Assembly: GCA_043718025.1 (NCBI GenBank)
Contig: JAYSWN010000211.1
Span: forward strand, 1 to 46,597
Direction: 5' to 3'
Length of the DNA stretch: 46,597 bases
Source of the DNA: Pseudomonadota bacterium
Lineage (GTDB): Bacteria > Bdellovibrionota > FAC87 > UBA2466
This document shows positions 1 through 10,200 of the stretch, piece after piece. Position 1 is the first letter of the stretch. The number at the start of each line of letters is the position of its first letter. The notes under the pieces were generated by a model, which saw nothing but the letters and a program-made list of their open reading frames with translations, did not search any database and was not told the origin of the DNA. Both the position numbers and the translations under genes were made by a program.

Positions 1-192
1 GGTTTCATTTAATAAGGCCCCCACTTCGCGACGGCGATCGGGAGTCAGCTCTTTAAGCTGATGAAGATAAGTGGTTAGAATGCCTTTTTTTCCAAGGTAG
101 TGCACACGTAGGCGCTCTAAGTCCTCAGAAGTGGGAGCATCGGAGATCTGTGTTTTGGCCTCGTCACGAAGCCGTTGAATGTTGTCGATCAT
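1..192 (-). CDS. pheS: Phenylalanine--tRNA ligase alpha subunit, N-terminal part (runs off window)
   Basis: Manual translation from ATG at 192: MIDNIQRLRDEAKTQISDAPTSEDLERLRVHYLGKKGILT..., with the typical PheS N-terminal 'YLGKKG' motif. ATGA overlap with the rplT stop; canonical rplT-pheS synteny. Confidence 0.92.
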   Translation of the reverse strand, partial: MIDNIQRLRDEAKTQISDAPTSEDLERLRVHYLGKKGILTTYLHQLKELTPDRRREVGALLNET

Positions 193-545
193 GCAGCCTT
201 AGGCTGTGCAATCTCCACAAGGCGCAAGAAATGATCAGGATTCTTGATGGCAATTTCAGCCAGAATCTTACGATCCAATTCCACATTGGCCTTTTTAAGG
301 CCATGAATAAACCGGGAATAGCTCACGTTGTGTAGCCTGCATGCAGCATTAATTCGTATTTGCCACAGATAACGCATCTCGCGTTTAAGAACTCGGCGGT
401 CACGGAATGCATACCGGTCTGCTCGATTCGTATACTCGCGCGCTATCTTTACTGTTTTACGAGCGCTACCAAAAAAACCTTTAGCGCGGTCTAATAACTT
501 TTTGCGTTTATTTCTCCCCGCCGGGCCACGTTTTACTCTGGGCAT
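189..545 (-). CDS. rplT: 50S ribosomal protein L20
   Basis: MPRVKRG...AKGFFG...RDRR...LWQIRINAA...YSRFIHGLKKANVELDRKILAEIA; synteny. Confidence 0.98.
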   Translation of the reverse strand: MPRVKRGPAGRNKRKKLLDRAKGFFGSARKTVKIAREYTNRADRYAFRDRRVLKREMRYLWQIRINAACRLHNVSYSRFIHGLKKANVELDRKILAEIAIKNPDHFLRLVEIAQPKAA

Positions 546-590
546 CTTATTTACCTACTACTAATTTCCTGCTCTCAGCGTCCACTAAAG

Positions 591-791
591 TCAGTTTCTG
601 CCTTCAAACATTCGTTTTACTTGGCGCAAATTCGACTTGTCTACCATCTGCGTTTTACGGAGACGGCGACCCTGTTTAGCCGATTTGTGCTCTAAAATGT
701 GATTACCAAAGGCCTTGGCACGTTTAATACGGCCGGAACCTCGAACGATAAATCGTTTCTTTGCGCTAGAATTCGTTTTTAACTTAGGCAT
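591..791 (-). CDS. rpmI: 50S ribosomal protein L35
   Basis: MPKLKTNSSAKKRF...HILEHKS; lies between infC and rplT. Confidence 0.97.
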   Translation of the reverse strand: MPKLKTNSSAKKRFIVRGSGRIKRAKAFGNHILEHKSAKQGRRLRKTQMVDKSNLRQVKRMFEGRN

Positions 792-808
792 GCAACCAAA
801 ATCCTTCT

Positions 809-1456
809 TCAGCCTTTTTCACTACTTACGGGAGTTTTTACCCCCGCGGTAGCAGCAGCAGTAGCGGCGACCGGACGAACCGTTTCAGCCGCTTTTGGCT
901 TACTAACTACAGCTTTTTTAGTACCCGCTTTAGCATTGGGAGACACAATCAGAGATAAGATTTTGCCTTCCATTTTAGCGGTTTGCTCTACAATACCCGA
1001 AGCACCTATAGTGTCAATGATTTGACGCAGTAGAGCGTGCCCAAGATCCGCATGACTGGCCTCACGACCGCGAAATCTCACCGAGACTTTTACCTTATTT
1101 CCTTCGCCAAGAAAGCGAAGAATGTGTTTCGTCTTAAAATCAATGTCGTGATCGTCCGTTTGAGGCCTGAACTGCACCTCTTTAAGCAGAATAATGACCT
1201 GGTTTTTCTTGGAGGCCTTGGCTTTTTTCTTAAGCTCGTACTTGTACTTTCCGTAGTCCAAAATCTTACAAACCGGCGGATTTGCGGTGGGCGAGACTTC
1301 GGCCAGGTCTAAACCTGTAGCCGCAGCCAATTCCAGAGCTTTTCTGGTGTCCATTACCCCTAATTGGGCGCCGTCAGCGCCAATTACACGAACTTCGCGC
1401 GCGCGGATGCGGTGGTTAATACGGATGTTGTCGTTTGAAGGTTGTCTCGGATTAAT
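809..1456 (-). CDS. infC: Translation initiation factor IF-3 (ATT start, 215 aa, Ala/Lys-rich C-terminal tail)
   Basis: The frame is open upstream of the track ATG (1354) and encodes RINHRIRAREVRVIGADGAQLG. In-frame ATT at 1456-1454 sits 6 nt after AGGAGAGG, which overlaps the thrS stop. PPVCKILDYGKYKYE and KVKVSVRFRGRE motifs. Confidence 0.96.
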   Translation of the reverse strand: MNPRQPSNDNIRINHRIRAREVRVIGADGAQLGVMDTRKALELAAATGLDLAEVSPTANPPVCKILDYGKYKYELKKKAKASKKNQVIILLKEVQFRPQTDDHDIDFKTKHILRFLGEGNKVKVSVRFRGREASHADLGHALLRQIIDTIGASGIVEQTAKMEGKILSLIVSPNAKAGTKKAVVSKPKAAETVRPVAATAAATAGVKTPVSSEKG

Positions 1457-1468
1457 AGTCGGCCTCTC

Positions 1469-3424
1469 CTATTGGGTTATTGCCTCTTTGAAACCAGGTT
1501 TGAGACGGGGTTCCAAAAACTCTATAAACTTGTCCATCGTCAATTCATTGACGTTTTGGCCCGATGGTAATCGCACAGATATGCCCTTACTGGCCATCTC
1601 TTTAGCACCCAAAACTAACATTAATGGGGCTTTTTCCATCTGGGCGTTGCGGATCTTGGCGCCTAGCTTTTCGTTTCGGACGTCGACCTCAACCCGCAAT
1701 CCGCGGGCCTTTAGCGCATTGCCTACCTCAAGTGCGTACTCATTTTGGTCGGTGCTAACGCTGATAACTTTGGCCTGAACCGGGCTGATCCACAGGGGTA
1801 AGTGGCCGTTATGATGCTCGATTAAAATACCCATGAAGCGCTCAATGCTGCCCAAAATAGCCCGATGAAGCATGATGGGCTGCTCGGCTTGGTTGTTGGC
1901 ATTAACGTACTCAAGCTTGAACCGGGCTGGCAGATTCGGATCGAGTTGAACCGTACCGCATTGCCACTGGCGACCGATGCTGTCTTTAACGTGAAATTCG
2001 ATTTTTGGGCCATAGAAGGCGCCTTCGCCCTTGGCGATCGTAAACTCTTTGCCGGCCGCACGCAGACAGCGGGCAAGCATCTCTTCGGCTTTTCGCCACT
2101 CTTCGGCGGTGCCCATCGATTGCTCGGGCTGGGTGGCCAGTCGGACTTCAATGTCGTTAAAACCAAATTCGTCGTACGTCTGGTACGTCTGCTGAATCAG
2201 CGTCACCACCTCGGACTCGAGTTGGTCGGCCGTACAGAAAATATGGGCGTCGTCTTGGCTAAAAGAGCGGGTGCGCAGCAGGCCGTGGGTGACGCCGGCG
2301 CGCTCGTTTCGGTGTAAGCGCGAAAACTCGGCGATGCGCATCGGTAACTCGCGATAACTGTGCTTTGTCGACGCAAAAAGTGCGCAATGGCCGGGGCAAT
2401 TCATCGGCTTCATCGCCGCGGTTGGCTCCATCTGTTGCTCATCTTTATTGCCCTCGATGAGAAACATATTGTCGCGGTAATTGTCCCAGTGGCCACTCGT
2501 TTTCCACAGATCATTTCCCATCATCTGCGGACAGATGACCTCAACGTAACCCGAGCCAAGAATCTGCTTACGCATGAACTCGATGAGGTTGTTGTAGAGG
2601 GTGGTGCCCTTGGGCAAATAAAATGGCATGGCCGGAGCAACCGGTAGAAAGGTAAACAGACCCAACTCAGGGCCCAGTTTACGGTGGTCGCGTTTTCGCG
2701 CCTCTTCAATACGGAAAATATGGGCGTCGACCTCTTCTTGCGTGGAATAAGCGGTGCCGTAGATGCGTTGAAGCATCTTATTTTTCTCGTCGCCTCGCCA
2801 GTAGGCACCGGCAATCGAGAGCAATTTAAACCTTCCGAGCTTCGCCGTATTGGGCACGTGAGGTCCGCGGCAGAGGTCTTTAAATTCTCCCTGGGTATAC
2901 AGGCTGACCTCCTCTCCCGCAGGCAGATCTTGAATGATCTCTGCCTTGTAATTCTCGCCAATGCCTTTGAAGTATTTAACCGCTTCATCGCGGGCAAGCA
3001 CCGAGCGAGTTACCTCGAGGTTTCGTCCCGCAAGCTCCGTCATCTTTTTTTCAAGCAGAGGAAGATCTTCGGGGGTGAGCTGTTTCGGGCAATCAATATC
3101 GTAAAAAAAGCCGTCTTCGATTACCGGACCAATGGTGATCTGCGCCGCCGGATAGAGATCTTTAATTGCCATCGCGAGTAGATGGGCAGTCGAGTGCCGA
3201 ATCACTTCGAGGCCGGCGGTGTCTTTGGCATTGCTGGTAATCAACTGAAGCTTGCAGTTGGCTGTGATCGGAAAATAAACATCGACCTCTCTATCGTCGA
3301 TCTTCGCGGCAATGGTGACTTTGGCCAGGCGCGGACCAATCGCACTGGCGATTTGAAGTGGGGTGGTTCCCGATTCTACTTCGCGAGTAGAACCATCCGG
3401 CAGAGTGACTATTACGGCACTCAT
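1469..3424 (-). CDS. thrS: Threonine--tRNA ligase
   Basis: TGS N-terminus, HSTAHLLA, DLCRGPH, RDHRKLG, KPMNCP, GAFYGPK, QCGTVQLD, HRAILGSIERF motifs. Confidence 0.99.
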   Translation of the reverse strand: MSAVIVTLPDGSTREVESGTTPLQIASAIGPRLAKVTIAAKIDDREVDVYFPITANCKLQLITSNAKDTAGLEVIRHSTAHLLAMAIKDLYPAAQITIGPVIEDGFFYDIDCPKQLTPEDLPLLEKKMTELAGRNLEVTRSVLARDEAVKYFKGIGENYKAEIIQDLPAGEEVSLYTQGEFKDLCRGPHVPNTAKLGRFKLLSIAGAYWRGDEKNKMLQRIYGTAYSTQEEVDAHIFRIEEARKRDHRKLGPELGLFTFLPVAPAMPFYLPKGTTLYNNLIEFMRKQILGSGYVEVICPQMMGNDLWKTSGHWDNYRDNMFLIEGNKDEQQMEPTAAMKPMNCPGHCALFASTKHSYRELPMRIAEFSRLHRNERAGVTHGLLRTRSFSQDDAHIFCTADQLESEVVTLIQQTYQTYDEFGFNDIEVRLATQPEQSMGTAEEWRKAEEMLARCLRAAGKEFTIAKGEGAFYGPKIEFHVKDSIGRQWQCGTVQLDPNLPARFKLEYVNANNQAEQPIMLHRAILGSIERFMGILIEHHNGHLPLWISPVQAKVISVSTDQNEYALEVGNALKARGLRVEVDVRNEKLGAKIRNAQMEKAPLMLVLGAKEMASKGISVRLPSGQNVNELTMDKFIEFLEPRLKPGFKEAITQ

Positions 3425-3564
3425 GAATTTAATTGGGCAATACGTGATTTCATTAAATGGAGGGGGAAAGAGAATTTGTCATGATCGGCATCAACTATTG
3501 AAATGTAGCCGTTTTAAGAAAGAAATCAAGCCCAACAAAATGCGCCGCGGCGTAGCTCACGCCC

Positions 3565-4488
3565 TCAAACGGCAGTGAGCCAATGAGCAAACTGTGGCTC
3601 TTTGCCCTCGGTTACCTTAAAGAAGAGAGCGGCCAACTTTCGGGTGAGGGGGCCGGGATTGCCTTCGCCCACCAAACGGCCATCAATTTCGCGAATGCCG
3701 GTAACTTCAACGGCGGTGCCCGAAAAGAACAGCTCGTCGGCTAGATACAAATCGTTTCGGGTAAGGCCAGTCTCGGCCACTTGGATATTTAAGTGTTTTG
3801 CGAGTTCAAACACTGAAGATCGAGTAATACCCGGCAGAATGTGCTGCGCATTTGGGGTGAACAGCTTGCCGTTTTTTACCAAAAAGATGTTTTCACCTGA
3901 TCCTTCGGCCACATAGCCTTGAGTGTCTAAAAGGATCGCTTCATCGGCCCCATTGTCATTGGCCTCTTTGCGGGCCAAAACCGAATTTACGTAAGAGCCG
4001 GTGATCTTTGCCGCCGGCAAGGTGCTGCCGATGTCGCCCCGTCGGTAAGACGAGGTTTTAACGCGAATTCCTTTAACCTGAGCGTCGTCGCCTAGGTATT
4101 TGCCCCAATTCCAGGCGGCAATACTGACCAAAAACCTAGGGTTTGCGGGCAGTTTTAGCCCTTTAGTCTGGTCGTCGAGATAGGCAATTGGTCGGATGTA
4201 GCACTCTTCAAACTTGTTGGCTTTGACCACCTGCCGAACCCCTTCAACCAGCTCGTCGACCGAGTGATTGAGAGTGCCCCCGAAAGCCTTAACCGAATCA
4301 ACTAACCGTGAAAGATGCTCTTTAGCGCGGAAAATGGCTGGGCCGGTGGCCGTACGGTAGGCACGAATGCCTTCGAATGCTCCGGTACCATAATGAAGGG
4401 TGTGAGAGAGGAGGGGGACGGCCGCCTTTTCGTAAGGAACCAACTTTCCTTCGTGCCACACCATCTGAGCGTCAATATTTTGACTCAT
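3565..4488 (-). CDS. ilvE: Branched-chain amino acid aminotransferase
   Basis: LHYGTGAFEGIRAY, YIRP, AKITGSY (PLP lysine), EGSGENIF, ILPGITR, GTAVEV. ATG 4488 (MSQNID) follows AGGGGGTGGT and is preferred over 4629. Confidence 0.95.
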   Translation of the reverse strand: MSQNIDAQMVWHEGKLVPYEKAAVPLLSHTLHYGTGAFEGIRAYRTATGPAIFRAKEHLSRLVDSVKAFGGTLNHSVDELVEGVRQVVKANKFEECYIRPIAYLDDQTKGLKLPANPRFLVSIAAWNWGKYLGDDAQVKGIRVKTSSYRRGDIGSTLPAAKITGSYVNSVLARKEANDNGADEAILLDTQGYVAEGSGENIFLVKNGKLFTPNAQHILPGITRSSVFELAKHLNIQVAETGLTRNDLYLADELFFSGTAVEVTGIREIDGRLVGEGNPGPLTRKLAALFFKVTEGKEPQFAHWLTAV

Positions 4489-4804
4489 AAACCACCCCCT
4501 AAGCGACCGAACGTAACTGAAAACTCGGGAAAGACCAACCTGACTTTTTTGCACCCTGTTATGTCCGCCCAGCCGGCATTGGATGGCAAACCTTTTCAGA
4601 AAATTGCAGACACCACCCGGGTTCTCCAATCGTCAGTAACCTTTCGCCGTCAAAAAATTGACTCCCCCCTCACTGTAATTCGACAGCTTGTCACTGGATT
4701 GTGCGCCGTAGTGGATTTATAATAAGAATGAAGTCCATAGCCTGTTTTTTGCGCTCTTCGCCAATTCGTTTCTAACTTTTTCACCAAAAAGAAGACAACC
4801 TTCG

Positions 4805-5512
4805 ATGAAGACACGTAATTTTTTTCTCATCTTGATCATCACATCTTTGGCCAGGTTGGCCGCTGCGGACTCTAACGTCATTGAGAAACAGCTGATCGAT
4901 ATCGGCAGTATTCCCAATAAAGAAGTGATGGTCGTGCAAAAGAAATACACCAAAAAGAACTTCCGCCACGAGATCACCCCGATTCGGTTTGGCGGGCTTC
5001 CGTTCGGCGACATTCGCCGCACCTTTTTCGCGGGGGCGAGTTACACCCTTCATCTGGGTGATGCCTTTGCGCTCGAGCTTTTAGACTTCACTTATACCAA
5101 AGACTTTTTTACGGGGTTCACGGCAGATATCAGCGCCGGGCAAAAGGCGGCGGGAAAAGCAGAGATTAAACCCGACGTGCAGCGGCTTCTTTTCATGTTC
5201 ACCCCTGGCGTACAGTTTTCGCCGACTTACGGCAAAGCATCAACGCTTTCGCATTGGATCGCCTATCTTGAGCCATACGTTTCTTTGAATGCGGGTTTTG
5301 CAAAAACAGAAAGCAATACCTATTTCACGATTGCCCCCGGCCTGGGCCTGCGAGTTTTCTTTAAAGAATGGTTTTCAATGAAGTTAGAATTCCGCGACTA
5401 CATTTATACCGAATCAGTTGTGGATCGCACCACGGGCAATAACAAAAGCCTCACGCGTAATAATTACTCGGTGGCGGCTTCGCTTAGTTTTTGGATCCCC
5501 AAAATGTTGTAA
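4805..5512 (+). CDS. Outer-membrane beta-barrel protein, GltA/GltB/GltH-like
   Basis: Signal peptide; 'VVQKKYTKKNFRHEI' and 'FSPTYGK' motifs typical of myxobacterial/Bdellovibrio Glt-associated barrels; amphipathic strands; first gene of the Glt-like operon. Confidence 0.75.
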   Translation: MKTRNFFLILIITSLARLAAADSNVIEKQLIDIGSIPNKEVMVVQKKYTKKNFRHEITPIRFGGLPFGDIRRTFFAGASYTLHLGDAFALELLDFTYTKDFFTGFTADISAGQKAAGKAEIKPDVQRLLFMFTPGVQFSPTYGKASTLSHWIAYLEPYVSLNAGFAKTESNTYFTIAPGLGLRVFFKEWFSMKLEFRDYIYTESVVDRTTGNNKSLTRNNYSVAASLSFWIPKML

Positions 5513-5575
5513 ACGAGCCACGCTGGTTTTTCGTTGCCGATCTTAAGACCCTAAATGACTTGTACGAGGTTCCCC

Positions 5576-7030
5576 ATGCGTTTGCTCCTCCTGGGATGTT
5601 TGGTTTCGTTAGGCAGTTCTGCGGTAACCAACTCTCGCCTACCCGCTTTCGAGTTGGGAAAGAAAAACTACGAGACCGGCAACTACGTGCGCGCGCTCGA
5701 CCTTTTTTCTCAGGCCATCTCATCGGCGGGCGACGCCAGTTCAAAAAATCGTGCCTATTATTATCAAGGTTTGTCGCTCTTTGAATTGGGGCACTATTAT
5801 TCAAGTTATGTTTCGTTTCGCAACGTACTTTTAACCGCCGACGATAAAAACAAAGAGATCTATGACAAGGCGATTCGTAATGCCGTAACCATTGCCGATA
5901 AGCTAGATATGGTCGAGCGCATCGGAAAGTTGCTCGATAAGTTGCCATCGCAGTTCATTCCCCAGTCGGTTGGGTCTTACTCCGCGTTCGCGATTGGGGT
6001 TTCAAGATTAGACGCCGCCGATCTAAATGGCGCGTCGGCCTCCTTCAAATCGGTTAACCCGGAAAGTCAGTATTATCCGCGAGCCCTTTTCTTCTTGGGT
6101 ACGATTGCCACTAAGCAGAAGAACTACCGGGATGCCGCCGTCTATTTCGAAAAAGTTACCGAAGTGAGCCGCGGACGCAAAGAACTGTTTCCCGTCGCTG
6201 AATTGGCCCGCCTGAATTTAGCTCGTACGGTCTACTCCGCCGGCGACCTTGAGCGGTCGATTGAACTCTACTCGCAGTTCTTAAACGCTTCGCCGCACTG
6301 GCTAACCATTTTGCTCGAGGCCAGCTGGCCCTTGATGAGAGTGAACGACACCACGGTTTCATTGGGAAACTTGCACACCGTTTTGTCGCCATTTTATCGT
6401 GAAGATCTGGTGGGTGAAGGCTACATTCTTCGCGCCACCATCCTCTACTCGCTGTGCAAATACGAAGAGATGCGGCGCACGGTTTCTCAGTTTTTTACCA
6501 TTTATGATCCGGTGCTTCGGGCGATGCAGGCCGAAACAGGTAAATTGTCCGGCGCCGATGGATTCTTTCAGGCATTTCAAACGGAAAAAGGGATCAACCG
6601 CTCATTCTTGAACTACATCAAGCGCGACACCGGCATTAAAAAACAGATGAAGGTTTTAGACGTTCTACGCGAAGAGCGTCGAAGCATCGCCAAATACAAT
6701 CGTAACGAACAGATGACCCGCATGGCTCAATTATTGGACGAAGCGGACCGCACGGTGAGCTTAGAGATTGGTAACGTTATTTCACGCCTTCACAAACGAA
6801 AACTGGCGGAGTTGGTTCAGCAACGTGAGCAAGCCAACTACCTAAAGGTAGAAATCGTGACCGGCGAAAAAGAGTTGATCGAAGGGGCCAAAGGGCTTCC
6901 GGCTAAACGCGTTGTCGACGTGGAAACATCGGTGGCAAGCGGCTATCATTTTTGGCCGTTCAAGGGCGAGTACTGGGACGATGAACTCGGAGCTTACGTC
7001 TACACGACTGAAAGTGCCTGTATCAATTGA
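5576..7030 (+). CDS. gltC: GltC-like TPR protein
   Basis: Signal peptide from ATG 5576 (GAGG SD); TPR repeats; C-terminal 'FWPFKGEYWDDELGAYVYTTESAC' signature of the GltC family. Confidence 0.75.
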   Translation: MRLLLLGCLVSLGSSAVTNSRLPAFELGKKNYETGNYVRALDLFSQAISSAGDASSKNRAYYYQGLSLFELGHYYSSYVSFRNVLLTADDKNKEIYDKAIRNAVTIADKLDMVERIGKLLDKLPSQFIPQSVGSYSAFAIGVSRLDAADLNGASASFKSVNPESQYYPRALFFLGTIATKQKNYRDAAVYFEKVTEVSRGRKELFPVAELARLNLARTVYSAGDLERSIELYSQFLNASPHWLTILLEASWPLMRVNDTTVSLGNLHTVLSPFYREDLVGEGYILRATILYSLCKYEEMRRTVSQFFTIYDPVLRAMQAETGKLSGADGFFQAFQTEKGINRSFLNYIKRDTGIKKQMKVLDVLREERRSIAKYNRNEQMTRMAQLLDEADRTVSLEIGNVISRLHKRKLAELVQQREQANYLKVEIVTGEKELIEGAKGLPAKRVVDVETSVASGYHFWPFKGEYWDDELGAYVYTTESACIN

Positions 7031-7038
7031 GGTTAACG

Positions 7039-10000
7039 ATGAACTTTTCGCCTAATAAAATTAAAGTGCCAGTCTGCCTCGTTTTGGCGCTCGCCACATC
7101 GATGGCCGCTGCTGCGCCAAAAGACTACGAGAACTTTGAATTGCCCAAAACCGGGAGGGCCGCGGTTGAAGCCCCTGGAGTCTCCTACAACTCGCCGCGC
7201 GTCTCGGTAAAGGGTACCAACCTGCGCCTGAAGACCCCCTCGGTCGATGCCCGTGAATACATTTTCGCAAAAGAATCTTTTCTTTCCGAACGGCGGGATC
7301 AGGCCATTAAACTGTTACGCCAAGAGCTCGACGCCGGCATGACGGCCAATCGCGATAATATGCTGCTACGTTTGGGGCAACTGTACGCTGAAAAATACAT
7401 GGAGCTTTCGTTTCGTGAAACCGAACTTTTTAGCTCCGAGCTGGCCGAAATGGAAAAGAAGAAGGCGCTCGATAAGACGGCTAAACTGTTGCCGCCGAAG
7501 ATCGATAACTCGCGTTCTCAAAGTTACCTGCGCGATTCGTTGGGCCTCTTTCACAAACTAGAGAAAGATTACCCTCGTCACCCGAAAATGGACGAAGTTT
7601 TGTTCTTCATCGGTTTCGTGGAGATGGAGTCAGGTAAGGCCGATGGAATTCGCTACCTAGATCGGGTAATTCGCCAATACCCTCGAAGCCGTAAGTTCGA
7701 AGAGGCGGTGATCTATCTGGCCGACTACTACTTCGATAAAACGAAATTCCGCGACGCGCTGGCTAAATACAGCATTCTCACGCACCGGGCCGAATCGCCG
7801 CTGTTTCCCTACGCGCGCTACAAGATTGCGTGGTGTGACCTCAACTTAAATCAGCCGCGTAAGGGATTGGCGGGGATGCAGGCGGTCGTTGAGATGCTAA
7901 ACGGCGCTACCGAAAAGTCTAAATTTAACCTGCGCGAGCAGGCGTTAAAAGACTTGGTGCTGTTCTTTGCCGAAGTGGAAGCGGTGGATGAAGCTACCTC
8001 TTACTTTGCCGACAAAGTGGGCCGCGACCGGATGTTGGAAAATCTGCGTCTGATTGCCGATATTTTGCGATCAAAGGCGCGCGACATTCCAGCTTCGAAG
8101 GCCTACGCCAAGTTACTTGAAGAGTATCCGGACAATCTAGAGTCTCCCAATTTCGCCCTCGGCCTTCACGACTCGCTAAACCGACTGGGTAAGACGGAAC
8201 AAGCGATCTCGGTCATGGAAAATGCCATGCGCGCCTACGGTGAAAAATCTGACTGGGCGAAAAAGTATCTCGAAACCAAACCCACCGAGACCAAAAGCGC
8301 GCTGAATGCCCTGCAAACTGATGGCGAGAAAGCCGCACTCTTTCTTCACCAGTCGGCGCAGAAGAGTAAAAACAAAAACGCCTACAATTACGCCCTTCGC
8401 CTTTACTCGGCACTGCTTTCGGGTTTCCCAAACCACCCGTCACGTAAGAACATTCATTTTTACCGCGCCGAAGTTTTTTATGAGCAGGGCAAATGGATTG
8501 ATGCCGCCAGCTCCTACATGGAGGCGGCAAAAGTTCCGCCTAAAGACAAACGCACCGACGAGGCGGTTTACAGTGCGTTGGAGTCTTTAGATCAGATGAC
8601 GGCGCGCCAAGGAAAGTTGGAGCGCCTTACTCCTGAAAAGGCAAAAACGGTAAATTTGGATCCCGAAGAGATTCCGGACGGAGAAAAACGCTTTATCGAA
8701 GTGGGCAACTTTTACATCACCGAATACCCACAAGGAAGCCGGGTGGTGGATGTGCGTTTTCGAGTGGCGACCATCTACTATCGCCGGCACCACTTGGATG
8801 TAGCACAGGCACAGTTGAAAGAGATTGCGATCAAACATCCTAAGCACCGCAGTTCACAAACCGCGGCGCACCTGGTTTTGGATATTTACAATGCCAAGAA
8901 AAACTACGAAACGTTGGGAAAAACGGCAATTGAGTTTGCTAACGTAAAAGATCTGGGTGACGCGAAGTTCAAAGAAGAGATGCGGCAAATCATTGCGGAG
9001 GTTGGATTTAAATCGATTGAAAAGCTAGAAGCGGCGTCTAAGTGGAGCGAAGCGGGCGACCAGTACCTGGGGGTCTATAACGCTAATCCCAATGGACCAC
9101 TAGCCGAAAAATCGCTCTACAACGCCGTGGTGGCTTTCGAAAAAGCCCAGGAGCCGGTGAAGGCCTCGCAAGCTACGCAGACCTTCGTGACGAAATACCC
9201 TAAATCGCCTTACACAGAAAAATTAACCCTTTCGCAAGCGCGCCTAGCTGAGCTGCAATACGACTTTGAAACGGCGCAGCGGCTATTTGGCGACTTTTAT
9301 AAGAAGTTTCCGAAGCACCCAGAAGCTAAGAAAGCGCTCTATAACGCTGCGGTATTTTCGGAGCTACTTGAGAAGAATGATACGGCCGCCACCCTCTACA
9401 ACCAGTATCTGGCGGGAAATAACGTGGAGAAAGAAAAACGGGCCATTCAGGAGAGCCTGGCCAAAATTTATCGCAAGCAAGGGCAATTCGATAAAATGGG
9501 CGTGGCCCTTCGGCGCCTTTCTCGTGAGTCGCGAAATTCCGAAGACCGGTTACGTTATCTCGCCGATTTGGCCCGACAGTACGATCTTGCCGGCAAGCTA
9601 AACGAAAAGAATGGCGCGCTAAAAGAGCTTCGCCAGCAGTACGAAGCGGCAAAAGGGGTGAAGGTTAGTGGCACCACGGCTTACTACGTTGCCGAGAGCC
9701 TATTTCAAGCCGTGGCGCCTAAACGCGAGAAATTTGCTGAAGTGAAACTGCGATTTCCTCCCGAAGATCTGATCTACCTCATGAAACGAAAAGAGAAACT
9801 GCTGGCAAAGTTGGTGGAGTCTTACGAGCAGATTTTAGAGCTGGGCGTTCCGGACTGGGGAGTGGCCGTGCTTTTCGAACGGGCCAACGCTTTCGGCGAT
9901 TACGCCAATGCCTTTCGCAATGTAACCATTCCGGCCAAGTACGCCGGCGAACTTAAAACTGAGGCAGAAAACAGCTTGAAGGCCATTTACATGGCTCGCA

Positions 10001-10200
10001 TCAAGCCCGTTGAAGAAAAGAAGAACGAGAACTTAAAACTTTGCAACGAGCGCGCTCAAGCGTTTCACGTTGCGAATGATTACGCCAAAAAGTGCTGGGA
10101 GCTGGTTCGTAAGAAGGAAGAGGTGGATCCGTCTGGTCGGTTCCCCGCACCGTCTTACTGGAGCACTCGTCCCCCCTCGGCGGAGGTCGCTAACAAATGA
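7039..10200 (+). CDS. gltD: Large periplasmic TPR protein, GltD/AgmU-like
   Basis: Signal peptide; many TPR/YfiO-like repeats (YPRHPKMDEVLFFIG, YARYKIAWC, LREQALKDLV); ~1050 aa; located before a GltE-like lipoprotein. ATG 7039 with GAGG SD. Confidence 0.72.
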   Translation: MNFSPNKIKVPVCLVLALATSMAAAAPKDYENFELPKTGRAAVEAPGVSYNSPRVSVKGTNLRLKTPSVDAREYIFAKESFLSERRDQAIKLLRQELDAGMTANRDNMLLRLGQLYAEKYMELSFRETELFSSELAEMEKKKALDKTAKLLPPKIDNSRSQSYLRDSLGLFHKLEKDYPRHPKMDEVLFFIGFVEMESGKADGIRYLDRVIRQYPRSRKFEEAVIYLADYYFDKTKFRDALAKYSILTHRAESPLFPYARYKIAWCDLNLNQPRKGLAGMQAVVEMLNGATEKSKFNLREQALKDLVLFFAEVEAVDEATSYFADKVGRDRMLENLRLIADILRSKARDIPASKAYAKLLEEYPDNLESPNFALGLHDSLNRLGKTEQAISVMENAMRAYGEKSDWAKKYLETKPTETKSALNALQTDGEKAALFLHQSAQKSKNKNAYNYALRLYSALLSGFPNHPSRKNIHFYRAEVFYEQGKWIDAASSYMEAAKVPPKDKRTDEAVYSALESLDQMTARQGKLERLTPEKAKTVNLDPEEIPDGEKRFIEVGNFYITEYPQGSRVVDVRFRVATIYYRRHHLDVAQAQLKEIAIKHPKHRSSQTAAHLVLDIYNAKKNYETLGKTAIEFANVKDLGDAKFKEEMRQIIAEVGFKSIEKLEAASKWSEAGDQYLGVYNANPNGPLAEKSLYNAVVAFEKAQEPVKASQATQTFVTKYPKSPYTEKLTLSQARLAELQYDFETAQRLFGDFYKKFPKHPEAKKALYNAAVFSELLEKNDTAATLYNQYLAGNNVEKEKRAIQESLAKIYRKQGQFDKMGVALRRLSRESRNSEDRLRYLADLARQYDLAGKLNEKNGALKELRQQYEAAKGVKVSGTTAYYVAESLFQAVAPKREKFAEVKLRFPPEDLIYLMKRKEKLLAKLVESYEQILELGVPDWGVAVLFERANAFGDYANAFRNVTIPAKYAGELKTEAENSLKAIYMARIKPVEEKKNENLKLCNERAQAFHVANDYAKKCWELVRKKEEVDPSGRFPAPSYWSTRPPSAEVANK

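Noticed and set aside
3425..3564. T-box or thrS operator leader
   Set aside because: No T-box consensus or evident anticodon-like hairpins.
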